A stretch of 63,966 bases of DNA, the filler included, from Octopus bimaculoides (Eukaryota): assembly GCF_001194135.2 (NCBI RefSeq). It is 7 parts of 6 records of this genome, joined end to end, with 100 filler letters (N's around TTAATTAATTAA, not from the genome) between each part and the next. Parts side by side here need not be neighbours in the genome. Positions count along the whole stretch, not along the records: positions 61,566 to 63,966 come from NW_026409345.1; 6 more parts are not named here. One strand, 5' to 3'. Below, one piece after another: positions 63,433 to 63,966 of the stretch (its first letter is position 1; each line of letters opens with the position of its first letter). A program made the position numbers and the translations under genes. The notes below the pieces were generated by a model. That model searched no databases and was not told the DNA's origin. It saw nothing but the letters and a program-made list of their open reading frames with translations.

Positions 63433-63691
63433 CAGGGGTTTTCAAACTGTGGTCCGCGGACCACAGGGGGTCTGCAAGGACAAGACAGGGGATCCGTGGA
63501 CAGCAAATACTTTTTATGGGCAATTTGATTTTATATATGTTTTTTAATTGAAATCTTTTAATTGACAATAAACCTATTTGTTAAATACTGTTAAATAAAT
63601 AAATGTAAAAATATATGTTATTTTAAGCAAATATTTATGTATAAATTTCATAAGCGTTTATAAGGGGGTCCCTAAGGTTTGAAAACCCTTG
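63433..63691. mobile_element. hAT (Charlie-like) MITE, 259 bp
   Basis: TIRs CAGGGGTTTTCAAAC / GTTTGAAAACCCTTG (14/15); perfect 8-bp TSD CCCTAGAT at 63425-32 and 63692-99. Confidence 0.95.
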
Positions 63692-63966
63692 CCCTAGATT
63701 ATGGAGTTATAGAAATATATATATATATATAAATGTATATGTTTACCCAAATAAAATTGCAATTAATTTTTGAGGCTCCTGCAAGGCTAAAGCATTCAAC
63801 TATGATTGCATTGCATCTTATAGCAGAAACAGCTGTAAGCTATGTTATGACATAATTATTTATTCCTTTGTGATTCTTAGTTGTCTTTTTCCGTCCTTGT
63901 TTTCATATACATTCGGTGCTTTCTTCCAAGGAATCTAATGCTCTTAGCTTAGTTTGTCCTTGGGGC

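Overview
This is AT-rich, microsatellite-saturated animal genomic DNA from a gapped draft assembly. The SINE, LINE-tail and mariner families look like those of Octopus; that assignment comes from repeat recognition, not a database hit. Six identical 44N-TTAATTAATTAA-44N linkers split the window into seven joined pieces, so long-range adjacency is uncertain. I could not identify an intact host protein-coding gene, and almost all ORFs in the track are microsatellite or gap artefacts. The supportable content is mostly decayed mobile DNA: two mariner transposases; HERO-, R4/Dong-, RTE- and CR1-type LINE fragments; Penelope-like RT and GIY-YIG remnants; a Ty3/Gypsy gag; a separate Gypsy 3' end with PPT and LTR; hAT and mariner MITEs; and many tRNA-derived SINEs. 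The most interesting signal is a set of Penelope-type minimal hammerhead ribozyme (HHR) motifs. One has an intact catalytic core and sits at the centre of a foldback element with ~200-bp inverted arms (57.7-58.8 kb); a homologous, decayed copy lies at 13.6 kb. There is also a sharp CpG-poor to CpG-rich transition with a strong splice donor at ~20.1 kb, plus a few low-confidence candidate exons.
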